A stretch of DNA of 64,000 nt, taken from IMG/VR virus record IMGVR_UViG_3300037424_000434, positions 32,001-96,000 of that record; one strand, given 5' to 3'. Every line of letters starts with the position of its first letter. The stretch's first letter is position 1. Below, one piece after another: positions 55,173-64,000 of the stretch. The notes beneath the pieces are model-generated. The model was not told where the DNA came from and made no database searches. It saw only the letters and a list, made by a program, of their open reading frames with translations. The stretch is from a virus. Its lineage: Duplodnaviria; Caudoviricetes. A program made the position numbers and the translations under genes.

Positions 55173-56564
55173 TCAGGAAAGTTCTTTGTGGACATCCTTT
55201 ATCAGTTTTCTGATACAAACAAACACATCAGAATCAATGAATCTATCGGTGACTTTTTTCTTGATAGCCCCAACCATCTGTCCGGGTTTGATATCAAGAA
55301 GATCCATTATATCTCTGCCATTGACCACTTCAATGGAGTTGTGGTTGGCGTCCACAAAGGCCGAGAATTCCCTCCCCAGTTCTTCAGATTTTCTAAGAAT
55401 TTCAAAATATGGTTCGAAGTCGAATCCGTTACCATTACACTTGGCATCACAGTAAACCACGTTTTTGAGAGTATCCCAGTGTTCGTGGGTAACAATTTTT
55501 GCTACCTTGGATTTTTTCATTTTGTCGATGTTGAGAACTTTCATGTGTTCCCCTGTAGTAAATTTCAGGAGAGCTTTTTCCGCCCCACTCATTTTCAATC
55601 TATTAGCGATAGATGATACAATATCCACCCCGACCACATCATGACTGAAGAACCTATGAGCTTTTTTTTCTTCATCCCATTCATGGGTGGTGGCTTTACC
55701 GAGGTCATGAAACAGAACAGCAAAGTTGGACAGAGCATCCTCTTTGGTGTTCTCTCTAACAGCACACAGCACATGATCATACACTCGACCTTTACCATGG
55801 GTATATGCTTCTGGGTGCCATCTCTGGGTTTCAAACACATCTTGAAGAGCTTTGACTTCTGGAAGAATGTGGATCAGAAGACCAACTTCATCCAACAGTT
55901 CAATTGCATCAGCAAAATGTTTGCCGTCCAGACTAGCCATTTTGAATAGTTCGTCCTTGATACGCTCAACAGAAATCTTTTTGATCAGACAAGCATCATC
56001 ATTAATTGCTTCAAATACTTCTGGGTCAAGTTTGAATCCGAACCGGACAGCGAACCGGACAGCTCGGAGCATTCTCAGATGATCCTCATTGAAACGTTCT
56101 TTGGCAACACCAACAGCGGCAACCACACCTTTATTGATTGCCTCAACCCCACCAACAAAGTCAACAAGGCGTCCATCTTTATCTAGACCCATGGCATTGA
56201 TGGTAAAGTCTCTACGCTGAACGTCCTCTTCAAAGCTCTGAGTAGCTTGAACTTCGTCAGGTCTGCGACCATCGGTATAAGCACCCTCGGTACGCCACTG
56301 GGCGATTTCGAAGTTGAACCCTTTGTGAGGAACAACCACGATACCAAAAGATTTGCCAGCACCAACATCAAAGCTGGTGAACATCTCACCAAGAGCACTC
56401 ATGGAAGCATTTGTCGCGATATCCACGTCCTTTGCTTCAACCCCAAGCAACAAATCTCTAACGCATCCACCAACAAAGTATGCCTCATATCCAGCATCAG
56501 TTAGTTGGACAAGAAGTTCGCGACCCGCTCGGAACATTTCATTTGTCATCATTTTTTTATACAT
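55173..56564 (-). CDS. cca: CCA-adding tRNA nucleotidyltransferase with HD domain
   Basis: VGGCVRDLLLG, DVDIAT, RRDFTINAM, EDHLRMLRAVRF, ERIKDEL, LFHDLGK. Confidence 0.92.
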   Translation of the reverse strand: MYKKMMTNEMFRAGRELLVQLTDAGYEAYFVGGCVRDLLLGVEAKDVDIATNASMSALGEMFTSFDVGAGKSFGIVVVPHKGFNFEIAQWRTEGAYTDGRRPDEVQATQSFEEDVQRRDFTINAMGLDKDGRLVDFVGGVEAINKGVVAAVGVAKERFNEDHLRMLRAVRFAVRFGFKLDPEVFEAINDDACLIKKISVERIKDELFKMASLDGKHFADAIELLDEVGLLIHILPEVKALQDVFETQRWHPEAYTHGKGRVYDHVLCAVRENTKEDALSNFAVLFHDLGKATTHEWDEEKKAHRFFSHDVVGVDIVSSIANRLKMSGAEKALLKFTTGEHMKVLNIDKMKKSKVAKIVTHEHWDTLKNVVYCDAKCNGNGFDFEPYFEILRKSEELGREFSAFVDANHNSIEVVNGRDIMDLLDIKPGQMVGAIKKKVTDRFIDSDVFVCIRKLIKDVHKELS

Positions 56565-56589
56565 CTTATATCCTTATTTTTGAGCTTTT

Positions 56590-56778
56590 TTATACTCTAT
56601 TGGCACTTGAGTTGCTTTTGTAGTTCTTGGAGTATAACATCCCCTCATTGTTATCTTTTGCCGAAATAAAAAACTCCCCATTTAATTCATTAACCGACAA
56701 GGATGAGTTGTCGAACCATTTGTTTATGTTTAACATATTTATTATGTCTCCATTAAGTAAGTGTTTCGTCTTAACCAC
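56590..56778 (-). CDS. Hypothetical protein
   Basis: Shares promoter/start cassette with 56811. Confidence 0.45.
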   Translation of the reverse strand: MVKTKHLLNGDIINMLNINKWFDNSSLSVNELNGEFFISAKDNNEGMLYSKNYKSNSSANRV

Positions 56779-56810
56779 AAATACTTAATATCACAGGTAA
56801 CCTATACAGA

Positions 56811-57116
56811 TCAATGTTTATTTTTCTTTCTTCCGAGTTGATCAACAAGTTCCGTTTTCGAGACTCGAAGAAGGTCAAGGAACCTGCGGTAAGTTTCTGC
56901 TAAACATTCGTTTCCTTCTGCTTCATATTTTTCTATAAGCAGAAGGATTCTTTTTTCCTCATCTCTATGTTTTTGGATATCAGCATTCAATCCTATATGT
57001 TTCCCGTACTTTCCGAAAAATAAACTCATCACATACCCCCCCGCTTTTTCTAGAATTTCTTTAACCCGATCATACTCAGCAACATACTTTTTGTGATGGG
57101 GGTTTGTCTTAACCAC
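56811..57116 (-). CDS. Helical hypothetical protein
   Basis: Promoter TTGACA-ctataggttacttatga-TAAAAT at 57123-51. Confidence 0.6.
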   Translation of the reverse strand: MVKTNPHHKKYVAEYDRVKEILEKAGGYVMSLFFGKYGKHIGLNADIQKHRDEEKRILLLIEKYEAEGNECLAETYRRFLDLLRVSKTELVDQLGRKKNKH

Positions 57117-57164
57117 AAATACATTTTATCATAAGTAACCTATAGTGTCAATAAAAATAACAAA

Positions 57165-57197
57165 AAAGGGAAGCAGGACAAAAGCCCACTTCCCTTT
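57165..57197 (-). terminator. Intrinsic terminator
   Basis: aaagggaag/cttcccttt. Confidence 0.6.
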
Positions 57198-57220
57198 GGG
57201 GATTACCAGTTAATTACTAA

Positions 57221-58945
57221 TTACTTAGGAATCTTGGTGGTAGTATTGCCTTCGTTACCTTGACGTGAATAACCGTCTCCAAAATCAGCTTTGTTGTAAC
57301 AAGTTCCTGCTACCCAAACATGTCCAGCAGCGGTACATGTTGCTTGTGTAGTCAATGTGGTTACGTCTTGAGCGGCAACACAAGTACGAAGAACTGGTTT
57401 CCAGTCATAACCCATTTGTTGACATACAGTGGCGGCATAATCTTGTGCGCTACTGTTTGTGGTGTATGCAAAATTTGCCAAGCTAAAGTTATCAGCAACT
57501 GCTTCTATGCAGCGGCTACCATTCGCGGCTTTGGGCTCGTACCAGTTACCACCTGCAACACACTGCTCACGAGCAACCTTGGATGTGATAGTTCCAGCTA
57601 ATTCGTTTGTGTTAACGGTCCCAAATGCAACGGTCACACAGTTACCACCAGAGTGAACATATCCAGCGGGGCAGTCGGCTGTTACCAATGCATCACCAGC
57701 GAGTTCAGCCGCCGTTTTCTCGCGACAGAAACCATACGATTCACGGTTTCCTGCTTGTGCTGTAGTTGTGTCCCATACAAACCGAGACGTAACACCATCG
57801 GATAGATAAACAGCCACGCAACGATATTCATCTGTGATATCCTCTGCGCGAATGGTATTACCAACAACCTCACCATAAGCGTTTACGGTAGTTGGTTCGG
57901 AGAACACAGTGATAGTTCCGTTGTCGATGGTGCGTTTTTGAACTTGAAGTTGTTGTTGATCAGCTTTGCGAACAACCGTGACGGTGGGGTCGTTGTCGGA
58001 ATTTGACCCAACATAAACACCAGTGGCGACTTGGTTCAGTTTGCGAGAAACAAATACTGTATTCTCATTTCCATCAGAATATCCTGTACCAGCACCGCCC
58101 ACGGTTAAAGTAAGAACCGTTCCAAGGGCGTCCACGGTAGCAACTACACCTGTACCAGCAACACCCCCGGAGATAGCAACAACATCGCCTACGCGATAAT
58201 TGTATCCACCATCAACAGCGGTAAGTGTGTCAATAACCCCAAGGGTTTCGGCTACAGTAACAACAAGACCATTACCTGTCTTATATTCTTCAATCACACC
58301 ACCAAGTTCATATTGGTTGTGGTTGTAGTAAGAAACTGGATCAGCTATACCAACTTCTCCTGTGCCGATATAAGTTACGGTTTCTGCATCAGCAGTTACA
58401 TAACCGGTTCCGCCATCAACAACAGTGAACGCCGAAACAACACCGCCTGTCTCGGGTGTATCACCAACCAAAGCCGAGGCAGTGACAGTACCAGTAATAC
58501 CCGACCCAAGAAGATCGGATGACGTTTCGCTAGCAGAAACAACATCACCGGTAATCCAACCGGTTCCGCCAACAGTAACAGTGGTTGTAGCGGCTTGACC
58601 GACAATAGTAGCAACTGTTGTATCAAGCGAACCTGTTCCCAGTGAAGAGAAATCCACATTTTCTACTAAAACGATTGTGTCTGTAGCAACATAACCTGTG
58701 CCAGCAGTAACAATAGAAAGTGTTGGAACTAAAAGAGCGTCAATTGTAACGGCGACGGTACATCCTGTCCCCGAACCACCACTTGTAGTTGCATAACCAA
58801 GTCCAGTGTTATCATAAGTTCCTTCTACCAGAACACCGTTTGCGTTATCCACGGTTGCTGCAAGAGTTGCTGGGATACCAGTTAACGTGGTAACCGTAAA
58901 CTCAAATGCTGTTACTGGTCTTGCTTGTTTTAATCCAAGAGCCAT
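57221..58945 (-). CDS. Thr/Gly/Val-rich virion-type protein with GGTGY repeats and a Cys-rich C-terminus
   Basis: Repeated GxGY motifs; C..[AM]G..W repeats; GGAGG RBS. Confidence 0.7.
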   Translation of the reverse strand: MALGLKQARPVTAFEFTVTTLTGIPATLAATVDNANGVLVEGTYDNTGLGYATTSGGSGTGCTVAVTIDALLVPTLSIVTAGTGYVATDTIVLVENVDFSSLGTGSLDTTVATIVGQAATTTVTVGGTGWITGDVVSASETSSDLLGSGITGTVTASALVGDTPETGGVVSAFTVVDGGTGYVTADAETVTYIGTGEVGIADPVSYYNHNQYELGGVIEEYKTGNGLVVTVAETLGVIDTLTAVDGGYNYRVGDVVAISGGVAGTGVVATVDALGTVLTLTVGGAGTGYSDGNENTVFVSRKLNQVATGVYVGSNSDNDPTVTVVRKADQQQLQVQKRTIDNGTITVFSEPTTVNAYGEVVGNTIRAEDITDEYRCVAVYLSDGVTSRFVWDTTTAQAGNRESYGFCREKTAAELAGDALVTADCPAGYVHSGGNCVTVAFGTVNTNELAGTITSKVAREQCVAGGNWYEPKAANGSRCIEAVADNFSLANFAYTTNSSAQDYAATVCQQMGYDWKPVLRTCVAAQDVTTLTTQATCTAAGHVWVAGTCYNKADFGDGYSRQGNEGNTTTKIPK

Positions 58946-59030
58946 AATTTTTCCTCCAAATATTTGTATTATATATAACCCAAAAGGGTTCTTGCTTCTA
59001 TTTATGATATGAAAAATATTTTCCAGAATT

Positions 59031-59303
59031 TTAGTTGGACAAAATCTCATATAATGTCATGGTAATATTGACGTTTTCGGGTTTCCAGCCCATTTCGTCC
59101 GAAATATAAAAGGCGATAATTTTAGGCAAAGACAAGTTTGGATTACCGAAATCTATTTTGTACACATCTTCTGGCGAAAGATTTGTCTCGTGACATGCAA
59201 TTGTTTCCGCTAACTGTATTAAAGTGATATCTTTTGGTATCTGTTTATATGAAATGTTCCATTCTTTTTTTATGATATTTTTAAGCTGTCTCATCCCAGA
59301 CAT
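59031..59303 (-). CDS. Hypothetical protein
   Basis: AGGAG RBS. Confidence 0.55.
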   Translation of the reverse strand: MSGMRQLKNIIKKEWNISYKQIPKDITLIQLAETIACHETNLSPEDVYKIDFGNPNLSLPKIIAFYISDEMGWKPENVNITMTLYEILSN

Positions 59304-59316
59304 TAAGTTCTCCTAA

Positions 59317-59347
59317 AAAAGCCCCCATGTTAACAGGAGGGGCTTTT
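59317..59347. terminator. Terminator after ro60
   Basis: aaaagcccc/ggggctttt. Confidence 0.65.
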
Positions 59348-59351
59348 GTTT

Positions 59352-60911
59352 TCAGATTTCAATACTATTAATCAGATCCAAGGCAGTTTCGCCATTATCC
59401 ATCGCATCCATTACGTCGAAAACTTTATCACTCCATCCCGAAATTAACGTAACATCATTGTCTCGCAGAGAGACCGGAACGGTACCGTATCCACAAAGAT
59501 CAAACAAATATAGTCTCGCGTTTGGGTTTTGTGTTTTATATTTTTTCCACTCTTTATTGATATCAGACCCCGTGTTACTGGTTCCGTACATTTGACAGTC
59601 GGTGAATATCAAAATTTTATCGAAATCTACCCGAGCAGCGTTTGCGTATTCAAGAACTTTATACCCCAAAGTGCTGTACCCCACTCTGCCCTCAAGTTCA
59701 TATACCTTTTCGGAATTCCGTAGAATACCTGTTTTAGGGAAAGGATACACTTCAAACTTATCCCCAAACAACCCTGTAACGGTATTTTTTGCTTTGTGGT
59801 GTACCAACATCGCAAGCACGGACCCAATATCATAATACTGAACAACCGAATGGGGGGACACTGGATGACACATGGACCCGGATACATCCGTCGCGATCAA
59901 CACATTTTCCCCATCAAACATTGGGATATTTTGTGTAGAATGTATAATGGCGGTTTCTAACGCTTCCAAAACTTTTCCGAGTTGTGGATTACCAATCACA
60001 TTGTCTTTTACTGCACAAGGCACTGTACCGCAAAGACGTCTCTTCGGAACAGGAGCAACCCCTGTTGTTAGCATACGATATGCAGACAAAAATCGGAACG
60101 GCAATTGGCGACTGCTTTTGACAGCGGTTTCGTTACTCAAATAATCACATACTTGAGTAATAGATGCACCAGAACACCCGGCATCAAGGATGTTGCGTAG
60201 GTTACGCAATAAGGCCATATACCCAACCTTTTTTGACGCGATCAATTCTTCCCATACATCTTTTTTGGATTCCCCGTTCTGTCCTGCTTCGGACAATCTG
60301 GTTTCCCATGTATAGGGAATGTCAAGAGTCCCGTTGGCTATTTTCTGAAACAAAGCTTTTTGGGCTTCATTGACGGGTTTGGGGTGTGAAAGAAATAATG
60401 CATCACGAAGACGGATTTCACTGTCACGATTATATTTTCCAAAGGCGTATTCGTCAAACTTGCCGAAAGCACCAGCAAGCCCCTTTTCCAATTGTTTAGA
60501 TAGCCTGTTTAGTTTTTTTGTACCAACACGTTGATTAGCGGTTTGGTAATATCCAAGAATTTCGGTAAGTTCGTCTGCTCGTTGAATAACACGTTGTACT
60601 AAACGACTGACAAGGTTGTCACCTTTGTGAACTCGGGCAAGCTCTACAGTCAAAACCAAAGGAATTGTACGTAGGTTCATTTTCTCACGTGCGTACACGG
60701 CGAGTTTTGCGACAAACTCGGCGTCACATATTTTCACGAGATTACGGACACGTTGAACAGTATCTTTTGGTCCCTCATAATATTTTGGATACAACGATGC
60801 TGTACAAACAGTGCTGTACAGTTCCATTTCTGGAGTAAGTGTATAAGCTACTCCCCCTTCAAGGTTTGTGGTTTTTGTGCGGTCTTTTGCTGTTTGGTTG
60901 AATCTAGTCAT
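59352..60911 (-). CDS. rsr: Ro60/TROVE-domain RNA-binding protein
   Basis: NLEGGVAY, ELYSTVCT, LAVYAREKMNLRTIP, YTWET.LS, YMALLRNLRN, PFRF, vWA DVSGSM; ATG at 60911 after GGAGG. Confidence 0.93.
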   Translation of the reverse strand: MTRFNQTAKDRTKTTNLEGGVAYTLTPEMELYSTVCTASLYPKYYEGPKDTVQRVRNLVKICDAEFVAKLAVYAREKMNLRTIPLVLTVELARVHKGDNLVSRLVQRVIQRADELTEILGYYQTANQRVGTKKLNRLSKQLEKGLAGAFGKFDEYAFGKYNRDSEIRLRDALFLSHPKPVNEAQKALFQKIANGTLDIPYTWETRLSEAGQNGESKKDVWEELIASKKVGYMALLRNLRNILDAGCSGASITQVCDYLSNETAVKSSRQLPFRFLSAYRMLTTGVAPVPKRRLCGTVPCAVKDNVIGNPQLGKVLEALETAIIHSTQNIPMFDGENVLIATDVSGSMCHPVSPHSVVQYYDIGSVLAMLVHHKAKNTVTGLFGDKFEVYPFPKTGILRNSEKVYELEGRVGYSTLGYKVLEYANAARVDFDKILIFTDCQMYGTSNTGSDINKEWKKYKTQNPNARLYLFDLCGYGTVPVSLRDNDVTLISGWSDKVFDVMDAMDNGETALDLINSIEI

Positions 60912-60960
60912 TTTGATACCTCCAAGAATTAATACGTCATTTTCGGTTAAAAGATGGATA

Positions 60961-61050
60961 AAAAGGACAACAAGCGAACAGAGCATATACGCGGGGCTAT
61001 GCCCGCAATTTTCATTTGAAGTGAAGTATCTCTATACTACGGCACCTTTT
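60961..61050 (-). ncRNA. Y-RNA-like element 2 (about 90 nt)
   Basis: AAAAGG/CCUUUU outer stem, UGCCGUAG-AUAGAG/CUCUGU helix-AUACUUC, GCGGG/CCCGC hairpin; directly upstream of ro60. Confidence 0.65.
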
Positions 61051-61063
61051 TATTATGGGTAAA

Positions 61064-61278
61064 GAAACTATTGAGAAATTGCCACCAAGAGACACCGAAG
61101 GGTATGATTTAGTTGTTGGTCAATCCTTCTGTTGTATTTAACGTGTTTCTGGGTTTATTCCAGAACACGAATATCCGTATTGTGTTTTGTGTTTTATGCT
61201 TCACGTTGGTGATTCGGGAATATTATACCACCATATCTGTAAGTAGAAGTAACTCTTAACTACGTCATCAATAGTTTC
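61064..61278 (-). ncRNA. Y-RNA-like element 1 (about 215 nt)
   Basis: 11-bp outer stem, UGACGUAG-UUAAGAG/CUCUUGG-UUACUUC, three internal hairpins. Confidence 0.65.
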
Positions 61279-61322
61279 GATTGTCAAAGATCAACACACA
61301 AGATTCCTCTTTGGTGTGGTAG

Positions 61323-61330
61323 TATTTATA
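61323..61330 (-). promoter_or_regulatory. T4-type late promoter upstream of the Y-RNA-like elements and ro60
   Basis: TATAAATA on the minus strand. Confidence 0.7.
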
Positions 61331-61459
61331 TCACTTTCAACTCATTATGTAAACATGACTTTCGGGGAAAAAATATATATTTTTGTAAAAGAAAAAACCC
61401 CTTAAACATCAAGGGGTTATATCATCGCATTAAATTATAGGGAGCTAGGGATTAATCGC

Positions 61460-61666
61460 TCACTCCACCCGGAAGTATTCTTTTAATTTTTTCTTGGGTT
61501 TCTTTTTCTTTTTTGTTATAATGTTTTTTCTTTTTTCGAGTTTTTCTATATCCATTGTATTTGTACCGGGATTGATTCCTATAACCCCGTCAGCCCCAGC
61601 ACCTGATCCAACAGTTCCTGCGCCGTCCTCATCAAGGATATAGTTTATTCTGTCCAAGATGTCCAT
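61460..61666 (-). CDS. Small internal-protein-like peptide with Lys-rich tail
   Basis: MDILDRINYILDE, Gly-rich middle, KKKKKPKKK. Confidence 0.65.
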   Translation of the reverse strand: MDILDRINYILDEDGAGTVGSGAGADGVIGINPGTNTMDIEKLEKRKNIITKKKKKPKKKLKEYFRVE

Positions 61667-62274
61667 TATAGAGCGTCCACTTTTTTGTAATCTTTATCCA
61701 ATCCCACCAGAGATATGATGCCTTTCATGTGATGTATTAATTTGTTTTTGATTTCTGGTAAGGCGTTTTTTGCAACATCAATTAAGTTTTCTATTGCTTT
61801 GGATGCTTTATCCACACTAGCTCCGGCAGCTTCTTTGACATTTGCCCACAAGTGCCATCCGGTGATAGCGTCAATGGTATGGATCGGGCCTGTAATTACA
61901 TGTAGAGTAGCCATATCCAAGTTTAACAAAAAAGCCAACACATCTTCTTTTTTTATTTCAGTATTAGCCAGTTCTTTGACTTTGGCTATCGCCTCTTTAT
62001 CCCCTGTGGCGGATTTTAGAGCATACCAAACAAACTTTGCTAATACAGTGCCACCCTTCATTGCTTGTTGGACAAGACCGTCTCCTTTATGTAGATGTAG
62101 ACCTGCTTTAGATAATAACTTCCCAGCGGTATCTGCTAGGTCTTTCAGTCCAAAAGCCTCATCCAATCGATTAATATCCGCTTCCATAAACATAGAAAGC
62201 TCCAACAAAGCGGTCATATCTCTAAGTTCTTCGATGGTATACTGGTATTGTGTTAATTTATGTATAATGTCCAT
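61666..62274 (-). CDS. Hypothetical late protein
   Basis: Coupled in the late operon; INRLDE motif. Confidence 0.65.
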   Translation of the reverse strand: MDIIHKLTQYQYTIEELRDMTALLELSMFMEADINRLDEAFGLKDLADTAGKLLSKAGLHLHKGDGLVQQAMKGGTVLAKFVWYALKSATGDKEAIAKVKELANTEIKKEDVLAFLLNLDMATLHVITGPIHTIDAITGWHLWANVKEAAGASVDKASKAIENLIDVAKNALPEIKNKLIHHMKGIISLVGLDKDYKKVDAL

Positions 62275-62297
62275 TACAATCCTCTAATTAATTATTT

Positions 62298-62783
62298 TTA
62301 TGGGTATATTTCAATGACTTTCTCGCCAGCAACATAATCTTGAGACGCAACGGCGGAATTTGTGTCGGGAATTCGGCCAACAACTCTATATGCTTCACCT
62401 GAAACCACGTCCGGGGTGTTTGTTACAAATACAGTATATAGGTTGGTGGATACGTCATAGGTAACATCCGATACTTCACAAAAAACCCCACCAATATCCA
62501 GAACAAAAATACCATGACCTGTATCCATTCTTGCTTGTCCATCAAAATTTACGGTTTTGGATGCAAACGAAGCTACCGCAGATGCTGTTTCTGATGCATA
62601 CACGTATAATCCGGCATTCTTAAACTCGGTGAATTCAAGCGGAACCGCGCCGACAACCCCCACGAACTGTACAGGAGCTATCACAGACAAGGCCGCTCCG
62701 TTTGCAATGGTTGCTCCGGTAGGGCAAATAAAAGGTTCTGTGTACCCTGTATATGAATATCCGTTCTTTGGTACTATTGCCAT
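62298..62783 (-). CDS. Putative structural protein
   Basis: GGAGG RBS; late promoter at 62824-31; beta-rich composition. Confidence 0.65.
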   Translation of the reverse strand: MAIVPKNGYSYTGYTEPFICPTGATIANGAALSVIAPVQFVGVVGAVPLEFTEFKNAGLYVYASETASAVASFASKTVNFDGQARMDTGHGIFVLDIGGVFCEVSDVTYDVSTNLYTVFVTNTPDVVSGEAYRVVGRIPDTNSAVASQDYVAGEKVIEIYP

Positions 62784-62823
62784 TATGTTAATCCTCCATC
62801 ATATATTGCATGATCTTCATATG

Positions 62824-62843
62824 TATTTATAAAAACATAAATA
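62824..62843. promoter_or_regulatory. Back-to-back late promoters
   Basis: TATAAATA on minus (62824-31) and CATAAATA on plus (62836-43). Confidence 0.65.
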
Positions 62844-62891
62844 CCAGTAACCATGACTGGTTTGAAGAAAATTAAGTAACGAGGTGGTAAT

Positions 62892-63227
62892 ATGGACATT
62901 ATAGAAAAGATAGATTTATTGGTAGGAGAAGATATCAATGAGAGTCAGGCACTGCAAGCGATGTCAAACATTTTAGCTGACATTAACTCTTCATCAACAG
63001 ATGCTCAATTGACTGCCGCAGCAATGAAAGCAGAAGACCTTATAAATAAATTTGGAAAGAAGAGTTTGAGTTTATCTATTGCTCGTTTTTTTGGTGGGAA
63101 AAAGAACAACCCAAACGCAGAAGAAATGTTTTCTAGGTTCGAAAAAGCCGTAGCACGAAGACGTGGAGACTTGGACGCAAGAGAAATGAGAAAAAATTAT
63201 GAAAAGTTCAAGTATGATAATCTATAA
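62892..63227 (+). CDS. Putative internal head protein
   Basis: MDIIEKIDLLVGEDINE; GAGGTG RBS. Confidence 0.7.
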   Translation: MDIIEKIDLLVGEDINESQALQAMSNILADINSSSTDAQLTAAAMKAEDLINKFGKKSLSLSIARFFGGKKNNPNAEEMFSRFEKAVARRRGDLDAREMRKNYEKFKYDNL

Positions 63228-63484
63228 TGGATATATTAGACCGCATTAATATGGTATTGGAGGCAGAAAATAAGCCTGACTCCCGTACCGATAAATTGAA
63301 ATTAAAGATTCAAGGTCTTCAGAAGGATCTGGTTGATCAGAACGAGCGAATGGGGTACATGAACTCAAAAAAAGAAAATGCTGATGAAAAAGAGATAAAC
63401 CATCTTGACCAAGAGATTGCAAGGATGGCACAGAAAGCGGATAGAATCAAAGAAGAGATTGCAAGACTTAAAGGAAAGCTATGA
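63227..63484 (+). CDS. Putative internal head protein, coiled coil
   Basis: MDILDRINMVLEAE. Confidence 0.7.
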   Translation: MDILDRINMVLEAENKPDSRTDKLKLKIQGLQKDLVDQNERMGYMNSKKENADEKEINHLDQEIARMAQKADRIKEEIARLKGKL

Positions 63485-63624
63485 ATCTTGATGATGTTTG
63501 TGTTCAATTGGACAAAGAAAGTGATGGGGTCATGGATATATCCGAGTGTACAAAAAAGATTCTTTTGTTATTAGCTGAACAGGATTTAATAGAAGAAGGT
63601 ACATGTGAATTGATCGATGGATAG
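63481..63624 (+). CDS. Small acidic hypothetical protein
   Basis: ATGA coupling, 47 aa. Confidence 0.4.
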   Translation: MNLDDVCVQLDKESDGVMDISECTKKILLLLAEQDLIEEGTCELIDG

Positions 63625-63717
63625 ACGTTCGATAAAAAGACATATCAGGAAATCCGATATACTATACACCCCGGTATATTATGAAAAATATGTAGGGAAA
63701 CCATTAGGAGAATGTAT

Positions 63718-64000
63718 ATGAAGTGTGAAATATGTAATCGAGATGTTAAATCTTTTGGTTCTCTTGCGCAACATGTAAACAAGACACACAACATATTATC
63801 GGAAGAATATTACAAAAAATATCTTTTGGTTGATTGTTTGTGTGTTGTTTGTTCCAATCCAACACCTTTTATAAATCTATCAAAAGGATACCAGAAAACG
63901 TGTTCCAGAAGTTGTTCGATTAAATATACTAGAAAAAAATTAAAAGAAAATCCTGAACTGCACAAAAAGTTTACCGAAAAAGTTTCATGTAATATGAAGG
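63718..64000 (+). CDS. Partial Zn-finger protein, probably the N-terminus of a homing endonuclease
   Basis: C2H2 finger CEIC..QHVNKTH, then CVVC...GY..TCSRSC; TAGGAG RBS; runs off the window. Confidence 0.55.
   Translation, partial: MKCEICNRDVKSFGSLAQHVNKTHNILSEEYYKKYLLVDCLCVVCSNPTPFINLSKGYQKTCSRSCSIKYTRKKLKENPELHKKFTEKVSCNMK

Overview
A 64-kb, AT-rich, gene-dense segment that reads as part of a large T4-like (probably jumbo) dsDNA phage genome. Support for this: many host sigma70-type early promoters, T4-type late promoters (TATAAATA), homing endonucleases, and no housekeeping clusters. It is an accessory region; I recognised no capsid, polymerase, tRNA, rRNA or CRISPR array. Recognisable modules: (1) a complete nicotinamide-to-NAD+ deamidated salvage operon (pncB, Nudix, nadD, nadE, pncA); (2) an RNA-repair kit (RtcB, CCA-adding enzyme, Ro60/TROVE with two upstream Y-RNA-like elements, several phosphoesterases); (3) ClpP, SLT, RimK-protease fusion, C1 peptidase, SprT, an FG-GAP propeller and a probable ADP-ribosyltransferase; (4) a LAGLIDADG endonuclease that has split a phosphatase gene and supplies a replacement 5' end. 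Two patterns unexplained by gene labels run through the window. About 20 late genes share a T4 capsid-targeting-like N-terminus ending in [LI]-x-E. About 15 small, mostly sigma70-driven, often SH3-like genes share an acidic C-terminal tail, [LF]-x-[DE]-[DE]-L-F-x-[LIV]-COOH. A convergent strand switch at about 35.5-38.4 kb carries long direct repeats, two inward-facing promoters forming an inverted repeat, and iteron-like repeats. All assignments come from reading motifs by eye; no searches were run.
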